The notes: a model not told the origin generated them from the letters alone. Positions 14,400 to 24,216 are shown, counted from the first letter of the stretch. The stretch is 64,000 nucleotides of DNA from an uncultured Candidatus Saccharibacteria bacterium (GCA_964521095.1 CAZFPJ010000002.1:149108-213107), one strand, 5' to 3'. A program made the numbers and translations.

Positions 14400-15830
14400 A
14401 TGGATACAACAAACAAGGTGCCAAATGTGCCACTTGATGCCACTAAGCGCACAAAAATAATTGCTACAGTTGGGCCGGCAACGCACTCTTATGAGCAAAT
14501 CTTGGCAATCATAAAGGCTGGAGCTAATGGGATTCGCATGAACTTTAGTCACGGCACAAACGAAGAACGCGATCAGCAGATAAAGTGGATTCGCAAAGCG
14601 TCTAAAGAATATGGTAAACCTGTAGCAATTATCCAAGATTTGCAAGGTCCAAAAGTTAGATTGGGCGATTTTGATGGAATAATAACAGTTCAAAAAGGTC
14701 AAATTCTCTCTCTAAAATATGGCGCAGATTATGCTAAAACGGGCGAGATTCCTCTGCAGTACGATCTGTCGAAAAAGATGAAAAGAGGCGAGCACCTATA
14801 CATATATGACGGTCGCATTAAAACGGTGGTAACTAGTATACAAAAGAGTGCTGTGCTGGTTAGGGTAGAAAATGACGGAATTCTGTTGCAACGCAAAGGG
14901 GTTAATGTGCCGGACACTAGTTTTGATGGCGATATTATTACCGAAAAAGACAAAGAAGATCTGGCATATGGATCTACCCAAGATATTGATTATGTAACAC
15001 TAAGTTTTGTGCAGAGCGTTGACGATATTCGTATGCTTAAAAGGCAACTTAGAAATTTGGGTAGTACCGCACGAGTTATCGCCAAGATAGAGACCAGTGA
15101 AGCTACTGAGAACATTGTGGAAATTATGAAGGAAGCCGATGGAGCAATGGTTGCACGAGGCGACTTAGCTCTTGAGGTGTCGCCAGAGGCCGTACCGATT
15201 GTACAGCGACAAATTATTGGGTTAGGCCATAAGTATGCCAAGTTTACGATAGTTGCTACGCAGATGCTAGCCAGCATGACAGAGTCGCCAGAGCCAACTC
15301 GGGCCGAGGTTTCCGACATTGCGACAGCAGTTATCGTAGGAGCTGATGCAGTAATGTTGTCCGACGAAACTGCAGTAGGCAAGCACCCGATAGAAGCTGT
15401 AGAGGTTATGAAGCGAACAATTCTTTATACGCAGAGTAACATGCCTCTGCGGGCGGTATTTAATTATGAAGATGCACACACAACACAGACAGCTATAGCA
15501 GAGTCGATTATTGTTCTGTCACAAATTGTTAGCGCCAAGGCTATCGTAGCAGAGACAAAGTCGGGAGCTACTGCATTACATATTGCGGCCCACAGGGCGC
15601 AAATGCCCATCATTGCTGTAACTTCTAGTGCCAGGGTGGCGCAACAGCTGGCGATTGTTCATGGTATAAAAAGCTATGTTCGCCCAGATGGCAAAATGCA
15701 AGCAACACAACTGACAAATTGGTTACATCGTAATAAAGTTTTACAAAAAGGCGACATAATAGTGACCGCTTCAGGCGAACAGCCTGGAGTGGCGGGCGCA
15801 ACCGATACTATAAAGGTTAGGGTTTTGTAA
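14400..15830 (+). CDS. pyk: pyruvate kinase
   Basis: The ATG at 14400 (MDTTNKVP) is preferred over the track start 14349, which lies in the terminator. Motifs TKIIATVGPAT, NFSHG, MVARGDLALEV. Confidence 0.95.
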   Translation: MDTTNKVPNVPLDATKRTKIIATVGPATHSYEQILAIIKAGANGIRMNFSHGTNEERDQQIKWIRKASKEYGKPVAIIQDLQGPKVRLGDFDGIITVQKGQILSLKYGADYAKTGEIPLQYDLSKKMKRGEHLYIYDGRIKTVVTSIQKSAVLVRVENDGILLQRKGVNVPDTSFDGDIITEKDKEDLAYGSTQDIDYVTLSFVQSVDDIRMLKRQLRNLGSTARVIAKIETSEATENIVEIMKEADGAMVARGDLALEVSPEAVPIVQRQIIGLGHKYAKFTIVATQMLASMTESPEPTRAEVSDIATAVIVGADAVMLSDETAVGKHPIEAVEVMKRTILYTQSNMPLRAVFNYEDAHTTQTAIAESIIVLSQIVSAKAIVAETKSGATALHIAAHRAQMPIIAVTSSARVAQQLAIVHGIKSYVRPDGKMQATQLTNWLHRNKVLQKGDIIVTASGEQPGVAGATDTIKVRVL

Positions 15831-15842
15831 GAAAGAAGTTTT

Positions 15843-17135
15843 TTGGTGGGAAATTTTAATAAAAAAACAATTCGAGATCTAGATATAAAAGGCGCGACTG
15901 TACTTTTGCGAGCCGACTACAATGTTCCGCTAGCAGAGGGTAAGATCACTGACGATTATAGGATTAAAAAATCTTTACCGACCATAAAGTATCTACTAGA
16001 ACAAAACTGTAAGGTTGTGATTTGCTCGCATCTCGGTCGTCCAAAAGGCAAGGACGACACAACTGCGTCTCTTGTTTTGGTGGCCAAAAGACTGGCAAAA
16101 TTACTAGACAAGAAAGTTGAGTTTTTGCCCGATTGCGTTAGCGGAGACACCAAGGATGCCATAAAGAATTTGGACATGGGGAGCGTCGCCTTGTTAGAAA
16201 ACCTTCGTTATTATTCGGAAGAAGAAGACAATGACCCGGTCTTTGCCTCTCGTTTGGCAGAAGGTATGGATTTGTTTGTGCAAGATGGCTTTGGAGTTGT
16301 GCATCGCGCGCACGCTAGCACAGATGCGATTACGAAATTTTTGCCCAGTGTAGCTGGGCTATTGGTAGAGAAAGAGATGCTGGCAATTACAGAAGTTTTG
16401 GACAATCCAAAAAGACCGCTAGTAGCCATAATTGGTGGGGCCAAGATTAGCGACAAGATTGACCTGTTAGATAGATTTATAGATATAGCAGATGTTGTGG
16501 CTGTTGGCGGAGCTATGAGCAATACATTTTTGTTGGCCGAAGGAGTTGGCGTTGGCAGTAGTCTGGCCGAGCCAGATGATGTGCCTCATGCTCGTAGGAT
16601 CCTTAAGAAAGCTCGAGCCAAGGCCAAAAATAATAATTTTGTTTTTTATGTTCCCCAAGACGGGGTTGTCGCAGAGAAGATGGAGTCTAATACTAAAACT
16701 AGGATTGTCGACTGGGGTACACATATTATTGCCGACATAGAGAGCTACCCCAAAAGGCCAGATGCTACGGCTAGCAAAGTTGCAAAAGACGAAGAAATTT
16801 TGGATATTGGTCCGTTTTCTGGAGCATTTATGGCAGGCAGTATACAGCTTGCTAATACAGTAATCTGGAACGGAGCCATGGGCGTGACCGAAATAAAGAG
16901 CTTGCAAACAGCTACAGGGCCGTTCTCGCACGGGACAGAATTGGTGGTAGAAGCACTGCTGGGTCAGTTTGGACACAAACCTCACACCGTAGTTGGTGGA
17001 GGTGATACGGTTGGCTATATCGAGCAACGCGGATTGGTAGATTATTTTGGACATGTTTCTACTGGCGGTGGGGCTAGTATGGAATTGTTTAGTGGGAAAA
17101 AATTGCCTGGCGTCGAGGCATTAATGGATAAGTGA
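15843..17135 (+). CDS. pgk: phosphoglycerate kinase
   Basis: TTG/GTG start. LLRADYNVPL, ICSHLGRPKG, C-terminal STGGGASMELF. Confidence 0.95.
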   Translation: MVGNFNKKTIRDLDIKGATVLLRADYNVPLAEGKITDDYRIKKSLPTIKYLLEQNCKVVICSHLGRPKGKDDTTASLVLVAKRLAKLLDKKVEFLPDCVSGDTKDAIKNLDMGSVALLENLRYYSEEEDNDPVFASRLAEGMDLFVQDGFGVVHRAHASTDAITKFLPSVAGLLVEKEMLAITEVLDNPKRPLVAIIGGAKISDKIDLLDRFIDIADVVAVGGAMSNTFLLAEGVGVGSSLAEPDDVPHARRILKKARAKAKNNNFVFYVPQDGVVAEKMESNTKTRIVDWGTHIIADIESYPKRPDATASKVAKDEEILDIGPFSGAFMAGSIQLANTVIWNGAMGVTEIKSLQTATGPFSHGTELVVEALLGQFGHKPHTVVGGGDTVGYIEQRGLVDYFGHVSTGGGASMELFSGKKLPGVEALMDK

Positions 17136-17155
17136 TACAATTTAAGCATAAGCTC

Positions 17156-17953
17156 ATGAAAAGAACTCTAATAATTGGTAATTGGAAAATGCATCTCAAA
17201 CCTTCGCAGGCCAGTCTTTTGGTAGAGAGATTGCACAGAGAGATCAAGGGACACAGAGATATTGAAGTTGTATTGGCGCCCAGTATGCTGACTTTGCAAC
17301 CGTTGAGCTTGCAGATTGATCGTCGTCGGTTTCGCTTGGCTTCGCAAGATGCCTACCCTGTGGACGAGGGAGCCTATACTGGCGAAGTGTCGTTTACTAT
17401 GCTGGCAGGATTGGTGCACTATGCAATTATTGGTCATTCGGAGCGGAGAATTTATTTTCATGAAGAGCTAGAAACAATTCGAGACAAAGTGGCTGCGTCT
17501 ATCCGTAATGAAATTACCCCGGTTTTATGTGTTGGCGAGACAGCCAGAGAGCGCCGATCGGGCGAGACTAAACGAGTTTTGCACGACCAAGTCGTGACAG
17601 CTTTAAGCAATCTAACAGCCGAGGAAGTTGGCAGTATGGTCATCGCCTATGAGCCAGTATGGGCAATAAGTACATTTGGCGGAGAACTGGCTAAGCCCAG
17701 CGAAGTTGCTCCCGTCTTGTCCTATATTAGGAATCAAATAAAAGAACTATATGGCAAAAAAGCTTCCGAAGATGTTAGGGTGCTGTACGGCGGAAGTGTG
17801 GACAATAATATTGTATCTGGCTACTTAGATATGCCGGGGTGCGATGGCGTATTGGTTGGTAATGCTAGTTTGAATCATCATAAATTCTCGGGGATTGTTG
17901 AGTCGACCTATCGTTTAAACAGAAAGCGTGAAGATGTCAAAAAAGACGACTAA
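17156..17953 (+). CDS. tpiA: triosephosphate isomerase
   Basis: Probable start MKRTLIIGNWKMH. AIIGHSERR, VIAYEPVWAI(S)T, YGGSV. Short basic/acidic C-terminal extension. Confidence 0.9.
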   Translation: MKRTLIIGNWKMHLKPSQASLLVERLHREIKGHRDIEVVLAPSMLTLQPLSLQIDRRRFRLASQDAYPVDEGAYTGEVSFTMLAGLVHYAIIGHSERRIYFHEELETIRDKVAASIRNEITPVLCVGETARERRSGETKRVLHDQVVTALSNLTAEEVGSMVIAYEPVWAISTFGGELAKPSEVAPVLSYIRNQIKELYGKKASEDVRVLYGGSVDNNIVSGYLDMPGCDGVLVGNASLNHHKFSGIVESTYRLNRKREDVKKDD

Positions 17954-18656
17954 AGCCAAATCTGTTAAAAAGCTAGACGCCGATAAAAATGAGCCCACGG
18001 GAGCTCCAAAGGTTTTTGATGTAGCCAAGCCTAGCGAGATTACTCCAGATGCTACGGCTAGGCCGGTTATTGTTGGGCATGGCCCCATGATAAAGCAAGA
18101 CCCAATGATGGTAGATTCTAGTGAGACGACTCAGAGCAAACCTCAAAAGTCTAAAAAGATTACACCAATTAGCGACTCTGATTCGGTGTTGGATGAAGCA
18201 AAAAACGCAGTTGACGAGTCAGTCGAATCGGCCCCGTTAAACGAGGCTACTCCAGCAACAGAAGAGTCAAAAAACTCTATAGCCGTAGAGCTAAAGCCAG
18301 AAACAGATGAACACGAAGACATGAGTCAGAAACCTGACGAAGAAGATGTTAAACAAAACGAAATCACCCAAGACACTGAAGTCACAGAGGATGTATCCGA
18401 AACAGAGCCTACTCATAAAGCCGTCAAGGACGAAGAAGCAAAGCTAAAAGAAGAGGCAGATCGAGCAGACAAAGTTAAGGGACTTATTGATAGTAAAAAG
18501 TATTTTGTGTCGACGCATCAAGGACCTGGCGGAAGCAGTGCAGGTTCTTGGGTTCTCCTAATTTTGTTGTTGCTGATTGTAGGCGCCTATCTTGCAATAG
18601 ACGCCGGGTTGGTGGACATCGGCGTGCAGTTACCAATTAATTTTATCCAAAACTAG
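17928..18656 (+). CDS. hypothetical acidic low-complexity protein with C-terminal TM anchor
   Basis: 242 aa. Lys-rich N-terminus, Glu/Asp-rich middle, C-terminal WVLLILLLLIVGAYLAI. Overlaps the tpiA end by 26 nt. Confidence 0.55.
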   Translation: MKMSKKTTKAKSVKKLDADKNEPTGAPKVFDVAKPSEITPDATARPVIVGHGPMIKQDPMMVDSSETTQSKPQKSKKITPISDSDSVLDEAKNAVDESVESAPLNEATPATEESKNSIAVELKPETDEHEDMSQKPDEEDVKQNEITQDTEVTEDVSETEPTHKAVKDEEAKLKEEADRADKVKGLIDSKKYFVSTHQGPGGSSAGSWVLLILLLLIVGAYLAIDAGLVDIGVQLPINFIQN

Positions 18657-18681
18657 GTAGCTGGACTGGTACAATAAATAG

Positions 18682-20799
18682 ATGTCTAGTGAATTATTGG
18701 TTGGATTAAATAGTGAGCAGAGTCGTGCCGTAGAAACCACAGAAGGCCCACTGCTAATACAAGCTGGTGCAGGTAGTGGCAAGACCAAAACTTTGACCCA
18801 CAGGATAGCCTATTTGCTAGAGACCCATAAAGCTACGCCGTTTAATATATTGGCGGTGACTTTTACTAACAAGGCGGCCAAAGAGATGAGGGCTAGGTTA
18901 GCAGAGCTACTTGGTCATGATGCTACGGACAGATCGTGGTTGCCATACATGGGCACATTTCATGGTATTTGCGTACGGCTTTTGCGTATCGATGGCGACT
19001 TTGTGGGCGTACCCAGTAATTTTGTGATTTTTGATGAGTCCGATCGCCTAAGCGCTATCAAACAGATCTATAAGCAAAACCACATAGACGAAAAGGCTTA
19101 CCCATCAAGACGAGTCGCCGGGCTGATTAGTAGTGCCAAAAACGAGATGATTACCTCGGAACAATATAAATCAGTGGCCAGCAGTCCCCTGCAGGAAGTT
19201 GCCTCCAAGGTCTACCCGTTGTATCAAAAATCCCTAAAAGAAGCAGGCGCTTTGGACTTTGATGACTTAATTTGGCAGACAGTAAAGTTGATGGAAACAA
19301 ACCAAGCCGTACGAGAAAAATGGCGACAGACTTTTCGTTATATTTTGATAGATGAATATCAAGACACAAACGCGGCCCAGTATAAATTGATCAAATTTTT
19401 GGTTAATGAGTCAAAAAACATAGCCGTAGTAGGGGACGACTGGCAGAGTATTTATTCTTGGAGAGGGGCAGATTTTCGCAATATACTTCGCTTTGAGAAA
19501 GACTTTCCTGAAGCTACCGTTATAAAGTTAGAACAAAACTATCGTAGTACCAAAAATATTCTGGATGCGGCCCATAGTGTGATTAGTAAAAATACCGAAC
19601 GCTCGAATAAAAAATTGTGGACGAGCGGGGCAGATGGTCTGCCTGTGCAGGTCATGGCGACGCAGAACGAACGGACTGAAGGTGAGATGATTGTTCGGCG
19701 GATACAAACACTTGTTAGCACCGGTGCCAGGAACCATAGCGACTTTGCTATTTTGTATAGGACTAACGCTCAAAGCCGAGCAGTAGAAGAGGCTTGTTTG
19801 CACTACAATATACCGTATCGAGTGGTTGGTGGCGTCCGCTTTTATGATCGCAAAGAGGTGAAAGATGTTATTGCCTATCTTCGTTTAATTTTTCAGCCAG
19901 AAGATCGGGTGAGCTTTGAGAGGATAGTTAATGTTCCGGCTCGTGGCATTGGGGCTACATCTGTCAGTAAGTTTTTTGCTTGGCAGACCAGTAGTGGCCT
20001 TAGTCTAGACTCTGCTTTAGGTAGAGTTAGTGAGTGCGCAGATATTACCCCTAGAGCCAGACAGGCGCTAGCTGGATTGGCTGTTATTTTGCAAGAGATT
20101 CGAGACCTGAGCCAAGAAGTTGCGTCTGGCGGTTTGATAGATTCGTTACTGCGCAAGATTGAGTATATGGAATATCTTGACGACGGCACTCTGCAAGCAG
20201 AATCTCGCCAAGAAAATGTACGAGAACTGCTTAGTGTCGCCAAAGAATATCAGGATGCAGGACTAGCAGATTTTTTGGAAGAAGTAGCTTTAGTCAGCGA
20301 ACCAGAAGACGATAGCCAGTCGTCTGAAGTAGTCACCCTTATGACCCTGCACTCTGCCAAGGGATTAGAGTTCCCGGTGGTGTTTATGGTAGGCCTGGAA
20401 GAGACAATCTTACCGCATTCAAGGGCGCTATACGATCAGCACGAGATGGAAGAAGAAAGACGGCTTTGTTATGTTGGTATGACCAGAGCCAAACAAGAAC
20501 TGTATATGACACATGCTAATTCGCGGATGCTTTATGGCGGGGTCCAGCACAATCCACCATCTCGTTTTTTAACAGAATTTGGTAGTGAGGCCTCGGCGCC
20601 ATTAGACACCATGAGTGCACCTAGTTTTGATGAGCCACAGTATGTTCTAGAGTTAGAGCCAGGAGACAAAGTTCGACACCAGCTATTTGGCAAAGGAACA
20701 ATCCTGGAGATAGACGGTGACACTGCACAGATTTATTTTAATGGCAAGGGAAGCAAGAAGCTGAATATTGCCTTTGCGCCTCTGGAGAAACTCGAGTAA
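18682..20799 (+). CDS. pcrA: ATP-dependent DNA helicase PcrA/UvrD
   Basis: Superfamily 1 helicase motifs: AGAGSGKTKTL, ILIDEYQDTN, VVGDDWQSIYSWRGA, TLHSAKGLEF, LCYVGMTRAK. Confidence 0.9.
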   Translation: MSSELLVGLNSEQSRAVETTEGPLLIQAGAGSGKTKTLTHRIAYLLETHKATPFNILAVTFTNKAAKEMRARLAELLGHDATDRSWLPYMGTFHGICVRLLRIDGDFVGVPSNFVIFDESDRLSAIKQIYKQNHIDEKAYPSRRVAGLISSAKNEMITSEQYKSVASSPLQEVASKVYPLYQKSLKEAGALDFDDLIWQTVKLMETNQAVREKWRQTFRYILIDEYQDTNAAQYKLIKFLVNESKNIAVVGDDWQSIYSWRGADFRNILRFEKDFPEATVIKLEQNYRSTKNILDAAHSVISKNTERSNKKLWTSGADGLPVQVMATQNERTEGEMIVRRIQTLVSTGARNHSDFAILYRTNAQSRAVEEACLHYNIPYRVVGGVRFYDRKEVKDVIAYLRLIFQPEDRVSFERIVNVPARGIGATSVSKFFAWQTSSGLSLDSALGRVSECADITPRARQALAGLAVILQEIRDLSQEVASGGLIDSLLRKIEYMEYLDDGTLQAESRQENVRELLSVAKEYQDAGLADFLEEVALVSEPEDDSQSSEVVTLMTLHSAKGLEFPVVFMVGLEETILPHSRALYDQHEMEEERRLCYVGMTRAKQELYMTHANSRMLYGGVQHNPPSRFLTEFGSEASAPLDTMSAPSFDEPQYVLELEPGDKVRHQLFGKGTILEIDGDTAQIYFNGKGSKKLNIAFAPLEKLE

Positions 20800-20921
20800 A
20801 CTCTTGTAATTTGTGTTAAAATAGAGTTTTGATTCGGTCTTTTTTGTAGTGCTTTAACTCACCCCGTATTTTACAAAGAATAGTAAGTGCGCAAAAAGAA
20901 CGAGGTCGATGAACGATTTTC

Positions 20922-22133
20922 ATGAAGAATAGACTCAAAAGTATAGACAAACTTAGCGTTACTGCTGGCGAAGGCTTTTTTTCTCGTAGCTGGCATAAAC
21001 ATCCATTTGCTATACCAGTGTTTACTATAGTTGGGATGTTGTTTTTTACGCTTTTTGGATTTCTGTTGTTCGGAGGCCAGACAGTTGCTCCGGCTGATAG
21101 TAGGGTAGTGCAACTATATATCGATGGCAAACGACAGACCATCCCCACTAGAGCAGACAGTGTTGGGGATCTTTTGACCAGACTAGATATTCAGTTAAAA
21201 GAGGGTGATGTTGTTGAGCCCGCCAAAGATGCACCTATTACGACAGATAATTTTAGTATCAACATCTATAAGTCTCGACCAGTAAAAGTAGTCGATGAGG
21301 GAGGCAAGACTGTAGTTGCTAGAATTGCCGAGCGCAAGCCAGAGGACATTGCTAAAAAAGCAGGGCTTACTATATATCCTGAAGACGAGGTGTCGATTGC
21401 ACCTCCGGATGAGACTATGGAGGACGGCGTAATAGGCGATAAGATTGTAGTTAACCGAGCTTTACCGATCAAGCTCAGCTTGTATGGAGCAATGTATGAC
21501 ATTCGCACCCAAGCCAATACGGTGGCTGATCTGGCAAGGGAAAGAGGAATCCACTACGATAATGCTTCTGTGTTGCCTGCGCCAGAAACCAAATTGAAGC
21601 CGTATGACGTAGTTTTTATCACCGAGCCAGGCAAGCAGATTACTACAGTGGAAGAAGTTATTCCACAGAGTATTCAATATGTTGACAGTACAGATTTAAT
21701 AGTTGGCCAGACCCAAACTAGGGAAGAGGGAGCCCCAGGCAAGCGAGTTATAGTATATGAGATAGCCAAAGATGGCACCAAGAAGTCGCTGCAAGAAATT
21801 GTGGTGTTGCAGCCTGTACGCAAGCTAGTGGCTCGAGGAGCCAAGAATGACCCAAGCAAGACATTTAGTGGAGATTTTGCAGCAGCACTTGCTCGACTTC
21901 GAAGCTGTGAGGGTGGGTATACTAGCGTAAATCCAGCTGGCTATTACGGTGCGTATCAGTTCAATTTATCAACATGGCAATCTAATGCACCCGAAGGTTA
22001 TAAAGACAAACTGCCACACACGGTAAGTCCAATAATCCAGGACCAAGCAGCCCGGACATTATATGAGCGTCGAGGATGGCAACCATGGCCAAGTTGTAAG
22101 ATTAAGATGGGTCTACAAGATGTGTACAGATAA
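20922..22133 (+). CDS. RpfB-like peptidoglycan hydrolase (membrane anchor, DUF348-like repeats, G5, C-terminal Rpf/transglycosylase-like domain)
   Basis: TM FAIPVFTIVGMLFFTLFGFLLF. G5-like GQTQTREEGAPGKRVIVYEI. C-terminus CEGGYTSVNPAGYYGAYQFNLSTW...WPSC. Confidence 0.75.
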   Translation: MKNRLKSIDKLSVTAGEGFFSRSWHKHPFAIPVFTIVGMLFFTLFGFLLFGGQTVAPADSRVVQLYIDGKRQTIPTRADSVGDLLTRLDIQLKEGDVVEPAKDAPITTDNFSINIYKSRPVKVVDEGGKTVVARIAERKPEDIAKKAGLTIYPEDEVSIAPPDETMEDGVIGDKIVVNRALPIKLSLYGAMYDIRTQANTVADLARERGIHYDNASVLPAPETKLKPYDVVFITEPGKQITTVEEVIPQSIQYVDSTDLIVGQTQTREEGAPGKRVIVYEIAKDGTKKSLQEIVVLQPVRKLVARGAKNDPSKTFSGDFAAALARLRSCEGGYTSVNPAGYYGAYQFNLSTWQSNAPEGYKDKLPHTVSPIIQDQAARTLYERRGWQPWPSCKIKMGLQDVYR

Positions 22134-22142
22134 AATTAGACA

Positions 22143-22928
22143 ATGAACTCTCCAAAAAAATCTCTAGGACAACACTGGTTAGATGACCAAGATAGCCTAA
22201 CAGCTATGTGTAGCGCGGGGTTGGTCCACGAGCACGATGTAGTGCTAGAAGTTGGCCCTGGCCCTGGAGCCCTGACTAAACTATTGGTAGAAAAAGCTCG
22301 CCAAGTTATAGCGGTTGAGTACGACTCTGACCTGGCTCGAGAGCTATCCAGCCGGGTGTCTGCCCTAAACCTTTCGGTTATCGAACAAGATATTCTTAAG
22401 TTTGACTTTACTAAACTTCCGGTCGACTACAAGCTTGTAGCTAACATACCGTATTATCTGACTAGTAATTTGGTTAGAGTGCTGTGTGAGTCTTCTAACC
22501 CGCCAAAAGTTATTGCTCTGCTAATACAAAAAGAGGTGGCCGAGCGTATGTCAGCAGGCCCGGGAGATCTCTCTATTTTGGGAGTTACAACCCAAATGTA
22601 TTATCAGTCAACTTTAATGGAGGTCGTTCCGAAAGAGCTCTTTTTTCCTGCGCCAAAAGTTGATTCCCAGATAATCCAGCTCCTGCGCCGTTCAGAGCCA
22701 TTGTTTGGCGATCGTGATTCTACCGGACTCTTTCGGGTGGTTCGTGCAGGGTTTGGTAACAAACGAAAGACTCTTGTCAACAGCCTTTCGGCTGGGCTAC
22801 ACAAAGAAAAAACTGTAGTGCAGGGGGTATTATCGAAGTTGGGCTGGGATCAGAATATACGAGCCCAAGAGCTTACTTTGGACAACTGGCTAGATCTTTA
22901 CGAAGAGCTAAGCTCTATCGAGCCTTAA
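22143..22928 (+). CDS. rsmA: 16S rRNA (adenine1518/1519-N6)-dimethyltransferase
   Basis: SLGQHWL, SAM motif VLEVGPGPGALT, NIPYYLTS. Confidence 0.9.
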   Translation: MNSPKKSLGQHWLDDQDSLTAMCSAGLVHEHDVVLEVGPGPGALTKLLVEKARQVIAVEYDSDLARELSSRVSALNLSVIEQDILKFDFTKLPVDYKLVANIPYYLTSNLVRVLCESSNPPKVIALLIQKEVAERMSAGPGDLSILGVTTQMYYQSTLMEVVPKELFFPAPKVDSQIIQLLRRSEPLFGDRDSTGLFRVVRAGFGNKRKTLVNSLSAGLHKEKTVVQGVLSKLGWDQNIRAQELTLDNWLDLYEELSSIEP

Positions 22929-22935
22929 GAAGTCT

Positions 22936-23553
22936 CTATAGGAGAGTGCTCCAGTAGTACCAGAACCTTTTGAGTATCAGAGCAATTATGATTAAGTACC
23001 AAGCCAACAGTATATCAGCGTGGTGGGTTTGCATAAACTTAACTGCACCCCGCAATTTTTTTGGTGTTTTCAGGTGTCGTTCTCTGAACGCATGCAGTAA
23101 TAGGTACCAAAACATAGGTAGAGTTATTGACCAGACAACCATGCAGTACAAACAAAGTGATCCGATGCTATAAAGAGCACTAAATATTAGCCAGTGCACA
23201 AACAATAAGGCGAAGAGCATGCCTCCGAGAGCGGAGAGCCAGAACCATTTTTTGAAGCGAGCGCCTGCTAGTAGGCCTGCTCCTATGGTAGCCATGACGC
23301 TGTAGCCAATAATCCCAAGGTAGGGGTTAGGGAATCCAAAGGTTTTGGCTTGCGATGAGCTAGTAACAGAGGTGCAACTAAAGATAGGGTTTAGATTGCA
23401 TTCAGGGTTATAGCTAGGATTAGCTAGTTGGCTCATCTCATGAGAGGTCAAGATAGAGGCACAAAACACGCCGATAATGCCGCCTGCCAGTAGTATGTAG
23501 GGGATATTTTGTTTCAGTGTCCTCTTTTTTATTGATCGAAAAAAACTTTTCAC
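22936..23553 (-). CDS. vitamin K epoxide reductase (VKOR) family protein, stand-alone
   Basis: Four or five TM helices, loop cysteines CNLNPIFSC and the redox motif CLYC within a TM helix. Confidence 0.8.
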   Translation of the reverse strand: MKSFFRSIKKRTLKQNIPYILLAGGIIGVFCASILTSHEMSQLANPSYNPECNLNPIFSCTSVTSSSQAKTFGFPNPYLGIIGYSVMATIGAGLLAGARFKKWFWLSALGGMLFALLFVHWLIFSALYSIGSLCLYCMVVWSITLPMFWYLLLHAFRERHLKTPKKLRGAVKFMQTHHADILLAWYLIIIALILKRFWYYWSTLL

Positions 23554-23625
23554 TAGGCACTAGTATACCGCACCAATCCGCTTATGTACAAAGTACAAAT
23601 TTTATGCTAAAATAAATACCTTGAT

Positions 23626-24187
23626 GGGGCTGATTTTTAAGCTCGACATAGGACATTTACAGATTAGCCCGCATACCGCTTATCAGCGTGGGGCCTACTA
23701 CATAGTATTTCTTGAGTATAAAATTGCCATAGTTCCTAGCGAAAAACAAAGTTTTCTATTAAGATATAGCACCGCTATATTGCAATAAAAAGTGTGTTTT
23801 GCAGCAGGAAGTGGGTGATTCTAGATCAATAAATATTGTGTGGTAGGTCCCTGATAGATAAATCCTTAACTGCAAACGCATTTAAGAGTGTCAAGCAGAC
23901 TGTTGCTAGCTTTTTTGCTCCTCAGTTCGCTGGCGCAACAGCTTAAGTTAATTCTTAACGCCACAAACACGGTTAACACCAGATAGACTGTGTTTTGTGT
24001 CATATTTTTCTGGTTGCAAAAATGTAGTTTCTTTTATGCATTTTTCAAGCTTTTAAAAAGATGCAAAGATTGTTATTTTGTTTGTTTAAGAAACAGTTTT
24101 TAAAGATTTTATAAACAAACTAAGTATGTAGACGGTTGATCAAAGTAAATCCGATGGACGCGGGGGCAGAACCCGCCAGCTCCACCA
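23626..24187 (+). ncRNA. ssrA: tmRNA (SsrA), one-piece, unusually long (562 nt)
   Basis: 5' GGGGCTGATTTTTAAGCTCGAC and 3' GGACGCGGGGGCAGAACCCGCCAGCTCCACCA. The acceptor stem pairs with a G3:U70 wobble. A tag ORF lies inside and a terminator follows. Confidence 0.85.
23872..23946 (+). other. putative tmRNA tag reading frame ANAFKSVKQTVASFFAPQFAGATA*
   Basis: Begins GCA AAC GCA after ...AATCCTTAACT (compare E. coli GCA AAC GAC) and ends GCT TAA. The frame was chosen by eye. Confidence 0.5.
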
Positions 24188-24192
24188 AAAGT

Positions 24193-24216
24193 ACACCAGT
24201 TTTCTGGTGTTTTTTT
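24193..24216 (+). terminator. intrinsic terminator after ssrA
   Basis: ACACCAG-TTTT-CTGGTGT followed by TTTTTT. Confidence 0.8.

Noticed and set aside
14187-14702. A 171-aa minus-strand ORF
   Set aside because: It runs antisense through element B, the terminator and the 5' end of pyk. It has no SD and low-complexity, odd composition.
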